A DNA stretch of 64,000 bases, taken from the NCBI GenBank assembly GCA_036378975.1, contig DASUVK010000045.1, forward strand, positions 8,497 to 72,496, written 5' to 3'. The translations under genes and the position numbers were made by a program. The DNA comes from Allosphingosinicella sp. (GTDB lineage Bacteria > Pseudomonadota > Alphaproteobacteria > Sphingomonadales > Sphingomonadaceae). The notes beneath the pieces were generated by a model. It searched no databases and had not been told where the DNA came from. It saw nothing but the letters and a program-made list of their open reading frames with translations. Each line of letters starts with the position of its first letter. Position 1 is the first letter of the stretch. Positions 41,841 to 49,694 of the stretch are shown in pieces.

Positions 41841-41997
41841 ATTTGCGCCGGCGCTCCATCGCCTTGAGGGCCCAACTCCTCCACCACCTCTCTGTGCGCC
41901 GCGCCCGACCGCGCCGACGCGATGGTCTGGGCGATGACCGAATTGTTCGACCGGCAGAGCGCCGAGCCGCGGATCCGGCTGCTCTAGCCCCGGGTGA

Positions 41998-42360
41998 TCA
42001 CTCCTCCTCGCCCCGCCGGCGCTGGTAGAAGATCGCGCCGACGGTGGCGGCGACTCCGGCCGCGGCCGCGCCGAGGCCGATATTGCGCCAGCTGAACACG
42101 CTCTGCTCGCCGAGCGCGCTGCCGTCCGGCTCCTCCTCGAGCAGGGCGGCATTGTCGGCATTGGCGGAGAGCCGGACCGTGTCGCCCTCGACCGCGGCGA
42201 CGAGGCCGCCGGAAATATAATGATGGTGGCGCTTGTGCGAGCCGCTGTCGGCCCGGGTCAGCTTGATGCGGTCGCCCTCGACCGCGTCGACCGTGCCGAG
42301 GCGGACGCCGTCGGCGCCGATGATGTCCATATGGGGCTGGATTTGGCTGAGGTCGGCCAT
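41998..42360 (-). CDS. DUF2171 domain-containing protein with C-terminal TM helix
   Basis: 120 aa from MADLSQIQPHMDIIGADGVRLGTVDAVEGDRIKLTRAD...HHHYI, the typical DUF2171 pattern. Confidence 0.8.
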   Translation of the reverse strand: MADLSQIQPHMDIIGADGVRLGTVDAVEGDRIKLTRADSGSHKRHHHYISGGLVAAVEGDTVRLSANADNAALLEEEPDGSALGEQSVFSWRNIGLGAAAAGVAATVGAIFYQRRRGEEE

Positions 42361-42546
42361 GGCGTCCCGTCTCCTGCTGGGGTGAAGCTTCGCGGGACCA
42401 ACGAGGGGCGCGGGGAATGGATGCAAAAGCGGGCGACGGAATCCAAGGCCGTGCGCCCATTTCCCCAAAAAAGGCGCGAAGCCGTGCGCGCCGATTGCAA
42501 AAGCCGCCGCGGTGGGCATGATGGCCCCCTCTCAGGACGGGGACTT

Positions 42547-43002
42547 ATGCGCGGACAGGTATTGGGCGTCGACACTCGGACCGGCGACGGCATCGTCACC
42601 GGCGACGACGGTCGCCGCTACAGCTTCAAGCCGGCCGACTGGGCCCATCGCGGCGAGCCGGCAATCGGCATGTATGTCGACTTCGAGATCCACGAAAACC
42701 GGGCTCTGACCCTGTTCCCGGTGCCGGGGGCGCCGCTTCCCCCGGCGGCGGCGTCCGCCCCCGCGCCGGACCCGAACGACCGCAACAAATATATCGCCGC
42801 CCTGATCGCCTTCCTGCTCGGCCCGCTCGGCATCCACCGTTTCTATCTGGGGCGGACCGGCTCGGCCATCGCGATGCTGATCCTGACCTTCACCATCGTC
42901 GGCCTGATCGTCACCGTGCCCTGGGCGTTCATCGACATGATCCGCTATCTGGTCATGTCCGACCGGGAATTCGCGGCCCGCTACGCGCGGACGACCGGCT
43001 GA
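42547..43002 (+). CDS. TM2 domain-containing membrane protein
   Basis: 151 aa. A soluble N-terminal beta-rich region is followed by the TM2 signature (KYIAALIAFLLGPLGIHRFYLGRTGSAIAMLIL). Confidence 0.8.
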   Translation: MRGQVLGVDTRTGDGIVTGDDGRRYSFKPADWAHRGEPAIGMYVDFEIHENRALTLFPVPGAPLPPAAASAPAPDPNDRNKYIAALIAFLLGPLGIHRFYLGRTGSAIAMLILTFTIVGLIVTVPWAFIDMIRYLVMSDREFAARYARTTG

Positions 43003-43007
43003 GCCGC

Positions 43008-43382
43008 ATGGATCGAGCGCGCGTCACCTCGCTCGTGCCGATGGCCTATGTCGCCGATGTCGGGGTTGCGGCCGCCTTCTATGAAAAGCTCGGATTCGAG
43101 CCTTGCGGCAGCTTCACGCCGCCCGGCGACGACGCGCCGTCATGGGTGTCGCTTCGCTCCGGCCCGGCCGGGCTGATGCTCGCCCGCGCCTCCGAGCCGG
43201 TCGTCGCCGCGCAGCAGGCGGTGCTCTTCTATGTCTATTGCGGCGATGTCGGGGCGATGCGCGACCGGCTCGCCGAGGCCGGCCTCGAACCCGGCCCGAT
43301 CGCCAAGCCCTTCTACAATCCGCAAGGCGAGTTCCGCCTCGTCGACCCCGACGGCTATGTGGTGATGGTCGCGCACTTGTAG
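43008..43382 (+). CDS. VOC (glyoxalase/bleomycin-resistance) family protein
   Basis: 124 aa with a single VOC module (AAFYEKLGFE...FRLVDPDGYVVMV). Confidence 0.8.
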   Translation: MDRARVTSLVPMAYVADVGVAAAFYEKLGFEPCGSFTPPGDDAPSWVSLRSGPAGLMLARASEPVVAAQQAVLFYVYCGDVGAMRDRLAEAGLEPGPIAKPFYNPQGEFRLVDPDGYVVMVAHL

Positions 43383-43415
43383 CAATCCGCGCTCCACCCG
43401 CCGCCGACGTCCCGG

Positions 43416-44204
43416 CTAGCCGAAGATCCTGTTGAGATAGGCCGCGATCCTGACGCCGCCGCGGCTGAGCCGCCCGTCGAGCGCCGCTCCATGCTGATAG
43501 GCGTAGGCGTAGGACAGTTTCGGATTGGCCGGATAGAGCGTCTCGCGCAGCGCCACGCTCTCGGCGATCCAGATCTGGGGATCGGGGTTCGACCAGGCGA
43601 CGACCTGCGCGGGCGTGATCGCCCCGACCAGCCATTCGGCCAGCTCGCCATGCGACAGCTGGCGCGCGTCGATCATCCCCGAATCCCAGACCGAATGCAG
43701 GTTGGTCTGCGCGCCGAACAGGGTGACCTTGACGTCGTTGCCGCCGCGGTCGCCCGGCCGGCCGGCGTGGAGCGGCTGGTGGAGATCGCCGATGATGTGG
43801 ATGGTGAAGCGCAAGGCGAGACGCTTGTCCGCCGCGCTCGCATCGGGATCGCGCAGCACCTGGGCGAAGCGCTCGAGCGCGGTCACCGCATCGCCTTCGG
43901 GCGGCGCGCCCGTCGCCGAGTGGGTGCTGCCCGCCGGGACGGTGACGTAATGGAAGGGGCTGGCGGTCTTCTGCCAGAATTCGGCCGGGTCCGAGCGCAT
44001 GTCGTCGGGCCAGGTCGCCGCCTGGGCGAGGGTCTCGGTGCCGAGCAGCAGCTGGACGTTGGCCCGCGCCGCCCCGCTCAGATAGCGCTCGGCGACGGCG
44101 CCGGTGACGCGGTGGCCGGTCTGCCCCCAGGCCAGAGCCGGGCTTGCGGGAAGGGCGCAGCACAGCAAGGCGAGAATGAATCGGCGCATAAATTTTCCCC
44201 TCAA
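43416..44204 (-). CDS. S1/P1 family nuclease, secreted
   Basis: 262 aa. The signal peptide ends with ALAWGQTGH (mature N-terminal Trp zinc ligand), and HYV and GDLHQPLH are present. Confidence 0.9.
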   Translation of the reverse strand: MRGKFMRRFILALLCCALPASPALAWGQTGHRVTGAVAERYLSGAARANVQLLLGTETLAQAATWPDDMRSDPAEFWQKTASPFHYVTVPAGSTHSATGAPPEGDAVTALERFAQVLRDPDASAADKRLALRFTIHIIGDLHQPLHAGRPGDRGGNDVKVTLFGAQTNLHSVWDSGMIDARQLSHGELAEWLVGAITPAQVVAWSNPDPQIWIAESVALRETLYPANPKLSYAYAYQHGAALDGRLSRGGVRIAAYLNRIFG

Positions 44205-44306
44205 TATTCAATAAGAGGATGCGCCGGGACGGCCCGCGATTCAATCGCCCCCGCTACGGGCGGAGCAAAAGGCCCGGGTGTTTACGTCGCCTGATCGGTC
44301 GAGCGG

Positions 44307-45062
44307 CTAGCGGAAGGGGGCGATCAGGACCCGTCCGATCGGCAGCCATGCCTCGCTGCCGGCGAAATGTTCGGCGTTCAGCCGACCGAGGTGGACGATG
44401 AGCCCGACCGTCATGACGGCGTAGAGCTTGCGGCAGACGAAAATGTCGTAGCCCAGCGCGATCAGCAGCGGCGCCAGGCTCAGCGGCTGCCACAGCAATG
44501 GGCTCTCGATTCCGGTGTGGCCGACCAGCCGGCCCAGTCCGACCACGGCGACCGAGAAGGTGGCGAGGAACATCGCGCGCTTGTGAAGGTGGGGACGCGC
44601 CCGCCAGGCGACGGCAGCGGCGAGGAAGCCGGCAAAGCAGACCATGTCGATGACGGGAAAGAAAACGAACGCCGCGGCGGCTTCGAAGTCGTTTTCCCGA
44701 AGGCCCAGCCGGTGGGCCAGCAGGCCGGCCGCGTAGAGCCCCACCGCGGCGATCGCGAACCCGTAGGCCGCGAGCCACGGGCCCATGTCGATATGGACGC
44801 GCGCCCGCCCGGTCATGATCAGCATCGCCTGGGAGATGTAGAGAAGCAGCCAGATCGTGAACAAGGCGGCGTGCAGGTGGATCAGCCAGAACTGCGTGTT
44901 CGCCGCTGGAGTCCGGCCGGTGACGGCGCTGAAATATTGCGGCCAGAAGCCCCCGACGGCGACCGCCAGCATGATCAGGCCGAGGACGGTGAAGAATGGC
45001 GACCTGAGAAGCCGCCGGCGGGCGCCCGCCGAGGCTGCAGCTGCGGTCGCGGCCGCGGTCAT
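44307..45062 (-). CDS. polytopic membrane protein (unassigned family; FWPxY / HLHA motif)
   Basis: 251 aa from MTAAATAAAAS with about 7 TM. Its ATG overlaps the stop of the upstream VOC gene by 1 nt. Its N-terminal third resembles the 46589-47425 protein. Confidence 0.65.
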   Translation of the reverse strand: MTAAATAAAASAGARRRLLRSPFFTVLGLIMLAVAVGGFWPQYFSAVTGRTPAANTQFWLIHLHAALFTIWLLLYISQAMLIMTGRARVHIDMGPWLAAYGFAIAAVGLYAAGLLAHRLGLRENDFEAAAAFVFFPVIDMVCFAGFLAAAVAWRARPHLHKRAMFLATFSVAVVGLGRLVGHTGIESPLLWQPLSLAPLLIALGYDIFVCRKLYAVMTVGLIVHLGRLNAEHFAGSEAWLPIGRVLIAPFR

Positions 45063-45595
45063 CAATTCAGACCGATCCTCGCCAGCGCCCGCTCGGAGGC
45101 GCCCGCTCGCCGCAGCCGCAGCAGCTCCTCGGGATCGAACGCCGCTCCGAACAGAGGCGGCTGCATCGCCGCCGCCATCTCCGGCGTGTCCATGAACGCG
45201 GCGCACTCCGCCTTGGACGGGAAATTGTCGCAGGTGATCTCGACTTCATTCCCGTCGGGATCGCGATAGTAGAGGGAGGAGGTGAAATGGTGGTTGACGC
45301 AGAGCGCGGGCCGGATGCCGATCTGCTTCAGACGCTCATATTGATCGGCGAGCTCGGCCGGTCCGCCGCAGCCGAAGCCGATATGATCGACGCCGCCCGA
45401 GGATTCCGGTCGCTGCGTGGTTTCCCCATCGTCCCACAGCACGAAGCGATGATGCTCGTCGTCGAAGCTCATGAAGGCGGCGAGCTCGTTCCGAAACCGC
45501 ACGCGCGCATCGAAGGCCCTGCCGTACCAGTCGATCGCCTCGGCAAGGTTTCGGGTCCGTAGGCCGAAATGGGCGATGTGGAGTCGGGGTCCGAT
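45062..45595 (-). CDS. VOC family protein (extradiol-dioxygenase/glyoxalase-like), probable non-canonical ATC start
   Basis: 45062-45502 is the listed ORF (GTG start). The in-frame upstream 31 codons encode the first VOC strand and helix (RLHIAHFGLRTRNLAEAIDWYGRAF) and contain no ATG, GTG or TTG. AGGAGA lies 6 nt before the ATC at 45595. Confidence 0.65.
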   Translation of the reverse strand: MGPRLHIAHFGLRTRNLAEAIDWYGRAFDARVRFRNELAAFMSFDDEHHRFVLWDDGETTQRPESSGGVDHIGFGCGGPAELADQYERLKQIGIRPALCVNHHFTSSLYYRDPDGNEVEITCDNFPSKAECAAFMDTPEMAAAMQPPLFGAAFDPEELLRLRRAGASERALARIGLN

Positions 45596-45792
45596 GGGAC
45601 GTCTCCTGTCCTTTGGCGCTGCGGCCGCAGGCTAGCGAAGAAGCCCGGCCGAGGGAACGTCCGGATGGCGGCAGGGGACATTTGCCGGCAACCGTCCCGA
45701 CAGGGCCTCCCGGCTTCTCGGCGCCGTGGCCTTCGCAGCAGCTGGCGCGCCCCATTGGTCCAAGATTTCCGGCGTTATCACTGCATAGGCAT

Positions 45793-46443
45793 TCAAATTC
45801 CCGGAATTCTCGCAATGTGAATGCTGCGGAAACACCTGTCGTCGTCGGTCGTCCGAATGAAGAGATACATCGTTTGATCGTCTGCGCGTCGGTATCTTGA
45901 GGAATTCTCATCATAGGGGGGGTGACGATAAGGATGGAGGCTCCAGCCATGCCGGATCGCGGCCCGGCGAATCGGGTCCACGCCGACGCAAAGCGGAAAT
46001 GCCTCATCTCCGGCAAGAAAGACGGAGGCGGATATCGAACAGGGTTTGTCTGGACGGGGATCGCCGCAGACGGTCTTTGAGGCTTCCGGGAGACGCAGGT
46101 CGAACAGCAGAGCCAGCTTCGTCCTGGCACCTACCGAGATGTCGAAATACCTCAAGTAGGTGCAGGAATTGCCCTGATCGCAGGTCTCGCTGCGCGATCT
46201 GTCCCAAATGCTGAGGCCCCCCTCGGCAACGCGCCCCAGATAGCGCGATCGTCGGCTGCCGATGGCGGTGGCGGCGGCAAGGACCCGTTCGGCTTGCCGA
46301 AAGCCGCGGCCGCCGTCTCCCTCGGCTTGGGACGACAAGCTCTGCCGCGCGCTGCTGGGAGGCCGGGTCGGACCGCTGTCGACGCTGGCGCCCTGGGCGG
46401 ATGCAAGGCCCGCCAATATCAGGGTCGAAAGCGCGTCCTTCAC
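45793..46443 (-). CDS. hypothetical secreted protein
   Basis: The GTG at 46443 gives the signal-peptide-like VKDALSTLILAGLASAQGASV. There are about 6 Cys in the mature part. The 3' third lies in a visibly lower-GC stretch. No family recognised. Confidence 0.4.
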   Translation of the reverse strand: MKDALSTLILAGLASAQGASVDSGPTRPPSSARQSLSSQAEGDGGRGFRQAERVLAAATAIGSRRSRYLGRVAEGGLSIWDRSRSETCDQGNSCTYLRYFDISVGARTKLALLFDLRLPEASKTVCGDPRPDKPCSISASVFLAGDEAFPLCVGVDPIRRAAIRHGWSLHPYRHPPYDENSSRYRRADDQTMYLFIRTTDDDRCFRSIHIARIPGI

Positions 46444-46588
46444 CGGCGAAGAATGGCATGATCGACGCCCGCCGACCACCCCTGCCACGGCATCCCGCCG
46501 GGGGCTTCCGTCCGGCGACATCGTTTCCCCGGTTCCTGTCGCGATCCTCCCCTTTTCTGTGCTAGCCCGCTGCCCGGGAGGCGGCTCA

Positions 46589-47425
46589 ATGCCTTATCGG
46601 AATGCCTGGATCTGGGTGGTGCTGCTCCTGCCGGCGGTCGCGGTTGCCTTCTGGCCGGGCTATCTGACGAGGCTCGGCGAGGTCTCGTGGATCCTCCACG
46701 CCCACGGCATTACCGCCACTTTGTGGATAATCTTGCTGGCGGCTCAGAGCTGGTCGATCGACCGCGGCGCCCGCGGCCTGCACAGGCTGGCCGGCCGGGC
46801 GAGCCTGGCCCTGTTTCCGCTCTTCTGGGTCAGCGGCCTGCTGATCGTCGATCTGATGGCGGCGGGGTTCGTCGCGCGCGCCAATCCCTTCCAGAGCCTG
46901 TTCGGAGCGCGGCTGACGCCGGTCGACCTGCTGACCAGCGGCGCCATCCTCCTGCTTTATTACGTCGCCGTGAGCCGGCGCCGCGCCGTGCTCGTCCATG
47001 CTTCGGCAATGCTGGCCATCCCCTTGTTCCTCGTGCCGCCCATCCTGGTGCGCCTGTTCCAGATCGGCGGCCCGCTGGCGATCACCGGCCCGACCGACTT
47101 CTTCAAGTTCGGCTACGGCCTCGAGCTCGCCAATCTGCTCTGCATCGCTTTGGCGCTGTGGCTGTACGCCCGCCGGCCGAAGACCGCCTGGCCGTTCCTG
47201 GTCGCCGCCGCCACCATCGCCGCCCAGGGGCTGGTCTTCGAGACCCTGGGCCGAAGCCGGGCGTGGCAGGCCGCCATGCCGGGGCTGGCGTCGATCCCGA
47301 CGGCGGCGATCGCCGCTTTCGGCCTGCTGCTCTCCGGCGCGGTGGTGTGGGCGGCCTGGTCGGCGCCGGCGGGGGCCCGCCCGCGAGGCCCCCGCCGGCC
47401 GGCCGAGGCGCTCGCGACGGACTGA
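46589..47425 (+). CDS. polytopic membrane protein (unassigned family; FWPxY / LHAHG motif)
   Basis: 278 aa from MPYRNAWIWVVLLLPAVAVAFWPGYL with about 7 TM. It is a paralogue-like relative of the 44307-45062 protein. Confidence 0.65.
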   Translation: MPYRNAWIWVVLLLPAVAVAFWPGYLTRLGEVSWILHAHGITATLWIILLAAQSWSIDRGARGLHRLAGRASLALFPLFWVSGLLIVDLMAAGFVARANPFQSLFGARLTPVDLLTSGAILLLYYVAVSRRRAVLVHASAMLAIPLFLVPPILVRLFQIGGPLAITGPTDFFKFGYGLELANLLCIALALWLYARRPKTAWPFLVAAATIAAQGLVFETLGRSRAWQAAMPGLASIPTAAIAAFGLLLSGAVVWAAWSAPAGARPRGPRRPAEALATD

Positions 47426-47513
47426 CGCTCGAGGAAGGGGCAGCGCCCGCCCCCTCGCGTCCTCTCGGATCAGTGAGGGCCACTGGTGACGCCACGAGCT
47501 GCCCCCAAGGCGG

Positions 47514-47873
47514 TCATTCCAGGCGCGCTATGACCTCTTCGATCGTGTCCTCGCGCACTTCCTTCATGATCCGCTCGCCAATCCAGACGCCGTCGGCGCC
47601 TCGGGTCTGGACGATCATCCACCTGTCTCTCGCCTCCCACAGGATCATGCGTGGCGGCCGGCCGGTGCGAGACAGTTCGATATACCAGTAACCGGAATTC
47701 CTGCCGTCATACTTCGCTTCGCTGACGGTCAGGCCGGCATCTTCGGCCAACCGGCAGGCCCTCGCAAAATCCCTGAGGACAAGAGGCGCGCCGGCCCCAC
47801 CAGCGGCAGGTCCTCGCCTTATGCCGGTGCCGGGTTTCGACCCGTTGCGGACGTTGCGACGGCGGCCGCTCAT
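47514..47873 (-). CDS. hypothetical protein (start uncertain)
   Basis: The ATG at 47873 overlaps the upstream stop (ATGA), but the first ~33 codons are Arg/Gly-rich. An alternative TTG preceded by GAGGG would give an ~84-aa product (LAEDAGLTVSEAKYDG...). No family recognised. Confidence 0.45.
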   Translation of the reverse strand: MSGRRRNVRNGSKPGTGIRRGPAAGGAGAPLVLRDFARACRLAEDAGLTVSEAKYDGRNSGYWYIELSRTGRPPRMILWEARDRWMIVQTRGADGVWIGERIMKEVREDTIEEVIARLE

Positions 47874-48256
47874 CGGATCACAGCGAGGGCTTCCAGGGTG
47901 CCCGCCCGATCGGCGCACGCTGCGATGATCCGGGCCGCAGGGTCGCTTATGCATCGGTCGTGCAGGCGTGCGCGCAGCACGATGCGGGTGGGCGCAGTTC
48001 GCCGAGCGAAGGAGTCGAACCAGCGGCTCGGGCCGATCGAAAGATAATAGGGAAAGTCATCCCCCACCTCGTCCGCCGAGGCATGGATCCCGCAAGAGCG
48101 ACTCTGACATCGCTCCAGCCACCCGGCCACGACGATTTCGCGCCCGTCCAAGGTCCGCGCATTTTCCACCACTTCTCGAACGCTCAACGGGCGCTCGGTC
48201 GCACCGGCCATGCAACCGGAAAGCGCCAGGAGCGAGAATGGCAGGAAGCGGTGCAC
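47870..48256 (-). CDS. hypothetical lipoprotein
   Basis: The GTG at 48256 gives VHRFLPFSLLALSGC, a canonical lipobox. The mature part has 4 further Cys. No family recognised. Confidence 0.5.
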   Translation of the reverse strand: MHRFLPFSLLALSGCMAGATERPLSVREVVENARTLDGREIVVAGWLERCQSRSCGIHASADEVGDDFPYYLSIGPSRWFDSFARRTAPTRIVLRARLHDRCISDPAARIIAACADRAGTLEALAVIR

Positions 48257-48461
48257 GTCGCCCGATCTACGCAAGCATCGGTGAAGCAGCAATGTCCGCT
48301 TCGCGCCCGTTTGAGGGTGCCGTCGACCGGCGGCGGCGCTTCCCTTGCGGGACGGCCGCGTTCGACCCGTTGCGAACTTTGGCCTCGGCGGCGATAATGC
48401 CGCCCATGCGGCGACTATCTCGACGCGACCCGGCCTTGGCTCCCGGCTGAAGGATGGCGGC

Positions 48462-49172
48462 ATGACCGAGACGTCCGTGAAGACCTATTGCCGCGCCGTG
48501 GGAATATTCCTGATCCTGACGATGGCGGGGGGCTGGTTCGGGGAGATGTACGTGCCGTCGCTGATGCTGACGGGCGACGCCGCCACCGCCGCCGCCCAGC
48601 TCCGCGCCCATGACGGCCTGTTCCGGCTCGGCTTCGCGGCCTATCTGGTCGAGGCGTTCAGCGACGTCGTCCTGGCCTGGCTGTTCTACGTCCTCCTGAA
48701 GCCGGTCCACCGCGACCTCGCCCTGCTCTCCGCCTTGTTCGGGCTGGTGTCGATGACGCTCTTCGCGGTCACCAAGATGTTCTATTTCTCCGCCCCGATG
48801 TTGCTCAAGGGCAGCCGCTATCTGGCGGCTTTCCCGCCCGAGCAGCACGAGGCCCTCGCCGGCCTGTTCCTGTCGCTCTACGCCGGGCTGAGCGGACTGT
48901 TCATGCTGTTCTACGGGACCGCCTGGATCCTCCGCGGCTGGCTCACCTTCCGCTCGGGCTATTTCCCCCGTTTCCTCGGAATCCTGATGGTTGTCGCGGG
49001 CCTGGGCTTCGTCGCGAAGAACCTCACCAAGGTGCTCGCTCCGGCCTGGTCGTCGGACCTGCTGCTCGCTCCCATGTTCCTCAACGCCCTCGCCGTCGCG
49101 ATCTGGATGCTGGCGAGGGGCGTCGACCGGGACAAGTGGGACCGGGCGACCGCGGGAGGGGCAGGTACCTGA
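48462..49172 (+). CDS. DUF4386 domain-containing membrane protein
   Basis: 236 aa from MTETSVKTYCRAVGIFLILTMAGGWFGEMYVP with about 6 TM, the typical DUF4386 pattern. Confidence 0.75.
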   Translation: MTETSVKTYCRAVGIFLILTMAGGWFGEMYVPSLMLTGDAATAAAQLRAHDGLFRLGFAAYLVEAFSDVVLAWLFYVLLKPVHRDLALLSALFGLVSMTLFAVTKMFYFSAPMLLKGSRYLAAFPPEQHEALAGLFLSLYAGLSGLFMLFYGTAWILRGWLTFRSGYFPRFLGILMVVAGLGFVAKNLTKVLAPAWSSDLLLAPMFLNALAVAIWMLARGVDRDKWDRATAGGAGT

Positions 49173-49186
49173 CCTCCTTGAACTGT

Positions 49187-49205
49187 CCCCCGGACTTGAT
49201 CCGGG
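49187..49205. terminator. hairpin CCCCGGA-CTTGA-TCCGGGG (REP-like family), probable terminator of the DUF4386 gene
   Basis: A 7-bp GC stem begins 15 nt after the stop and is followed by a T-rich stretch (CCTTCCTTGTCTTTGCTCGTT). Confidence 0.5.
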
Positions 49206-49229
49206 GTCCACCTTCCTTGTCTTTGCTCG

Positions 49230-49685
49230 TTATTCGATTTCCGTCCAGCTGCCGCGCCGGCTCGCCCAATCGTTGTAGGCGGTGTTGTAACCCCAGGCGA
49301 AGAAGGCGGCATCCCGGACCGTCTCCGGGTCCGAAAAGATGATCCTCACGGCTTCCGCGACCAGCTCCAGCGCATCAATCACCTGCTGCTCGTCGAGCGT
49401 GCACTTTCTCGGGAGAGGCGTGTCGCTGCCATTGAAGCGCATCCAAAGCTCGACCGGGTGCGGGATCGAAATCTCGTCTGGAACCTGCAGCGCCCTTAGC
49501 GAAGGCGCGATCCATTGATCACGCCAATCGTAGGCGAACTCGACCTCCACCGCGGATGTGCGGACAGTGCAAGCCACCTCGCTCGCGCTCTCGATCCGAT
49601 AGGTCCCCGAACCGAAAATGGTGTCCAGCCGCGAAGCTTGTCGCTTCAGCAGGTCAGCGAGCGACGGTTGCGAAAACAATCCCAT
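49230..49685 (-). CDS. hypothetical protein
   Basis: 151 aa with no signal peptide or TM and GC visibly below the window average. No family recognised. Confidence 0.5.
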   Translation of the reverse strand: MGLFSQPSLADLLKRQASRLDTIFGSGTYRIESASEVACTVRTSAVEVEFAYDWRDQWIAPSLRALQVPDEISIPHPVELWMRFNGSDTPLPRKCTLDEQQVIDALELVAEAVRIIFSDPETVRDAAFFAWGYNTAYNDWASRRGSWTEIE

Positions 49686-49694
49686 ACGAAATGT

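Noticed and set aside
42361-42546. A general-stress (EcfG-type GGAAC-N16/17-CGTT) promoter upstream of the DUF2171 gene, with similar searches near 5101 and 57264.
   Set aside because: Only partial matches were found: a CGTT without a correctly spaced GGAAC, or a GGAAC followed by CGCT. None meets the consensus.
47837-47856. An 18-of-20 nt match (TTCGACCCGTTGCGNACNTT) between 47837-47856 and 48361-48380, upstream of or at the start of the two coupled genes.
   Set aside because: The exact core is only 14 nt. By rough estimate, matches of that size are expected by chance in 64 kb of GC-biased sequence. No conserved secondary structure is shared by the two copies. I noted it only as a caveat on the start of the 47514-47873 ORF.
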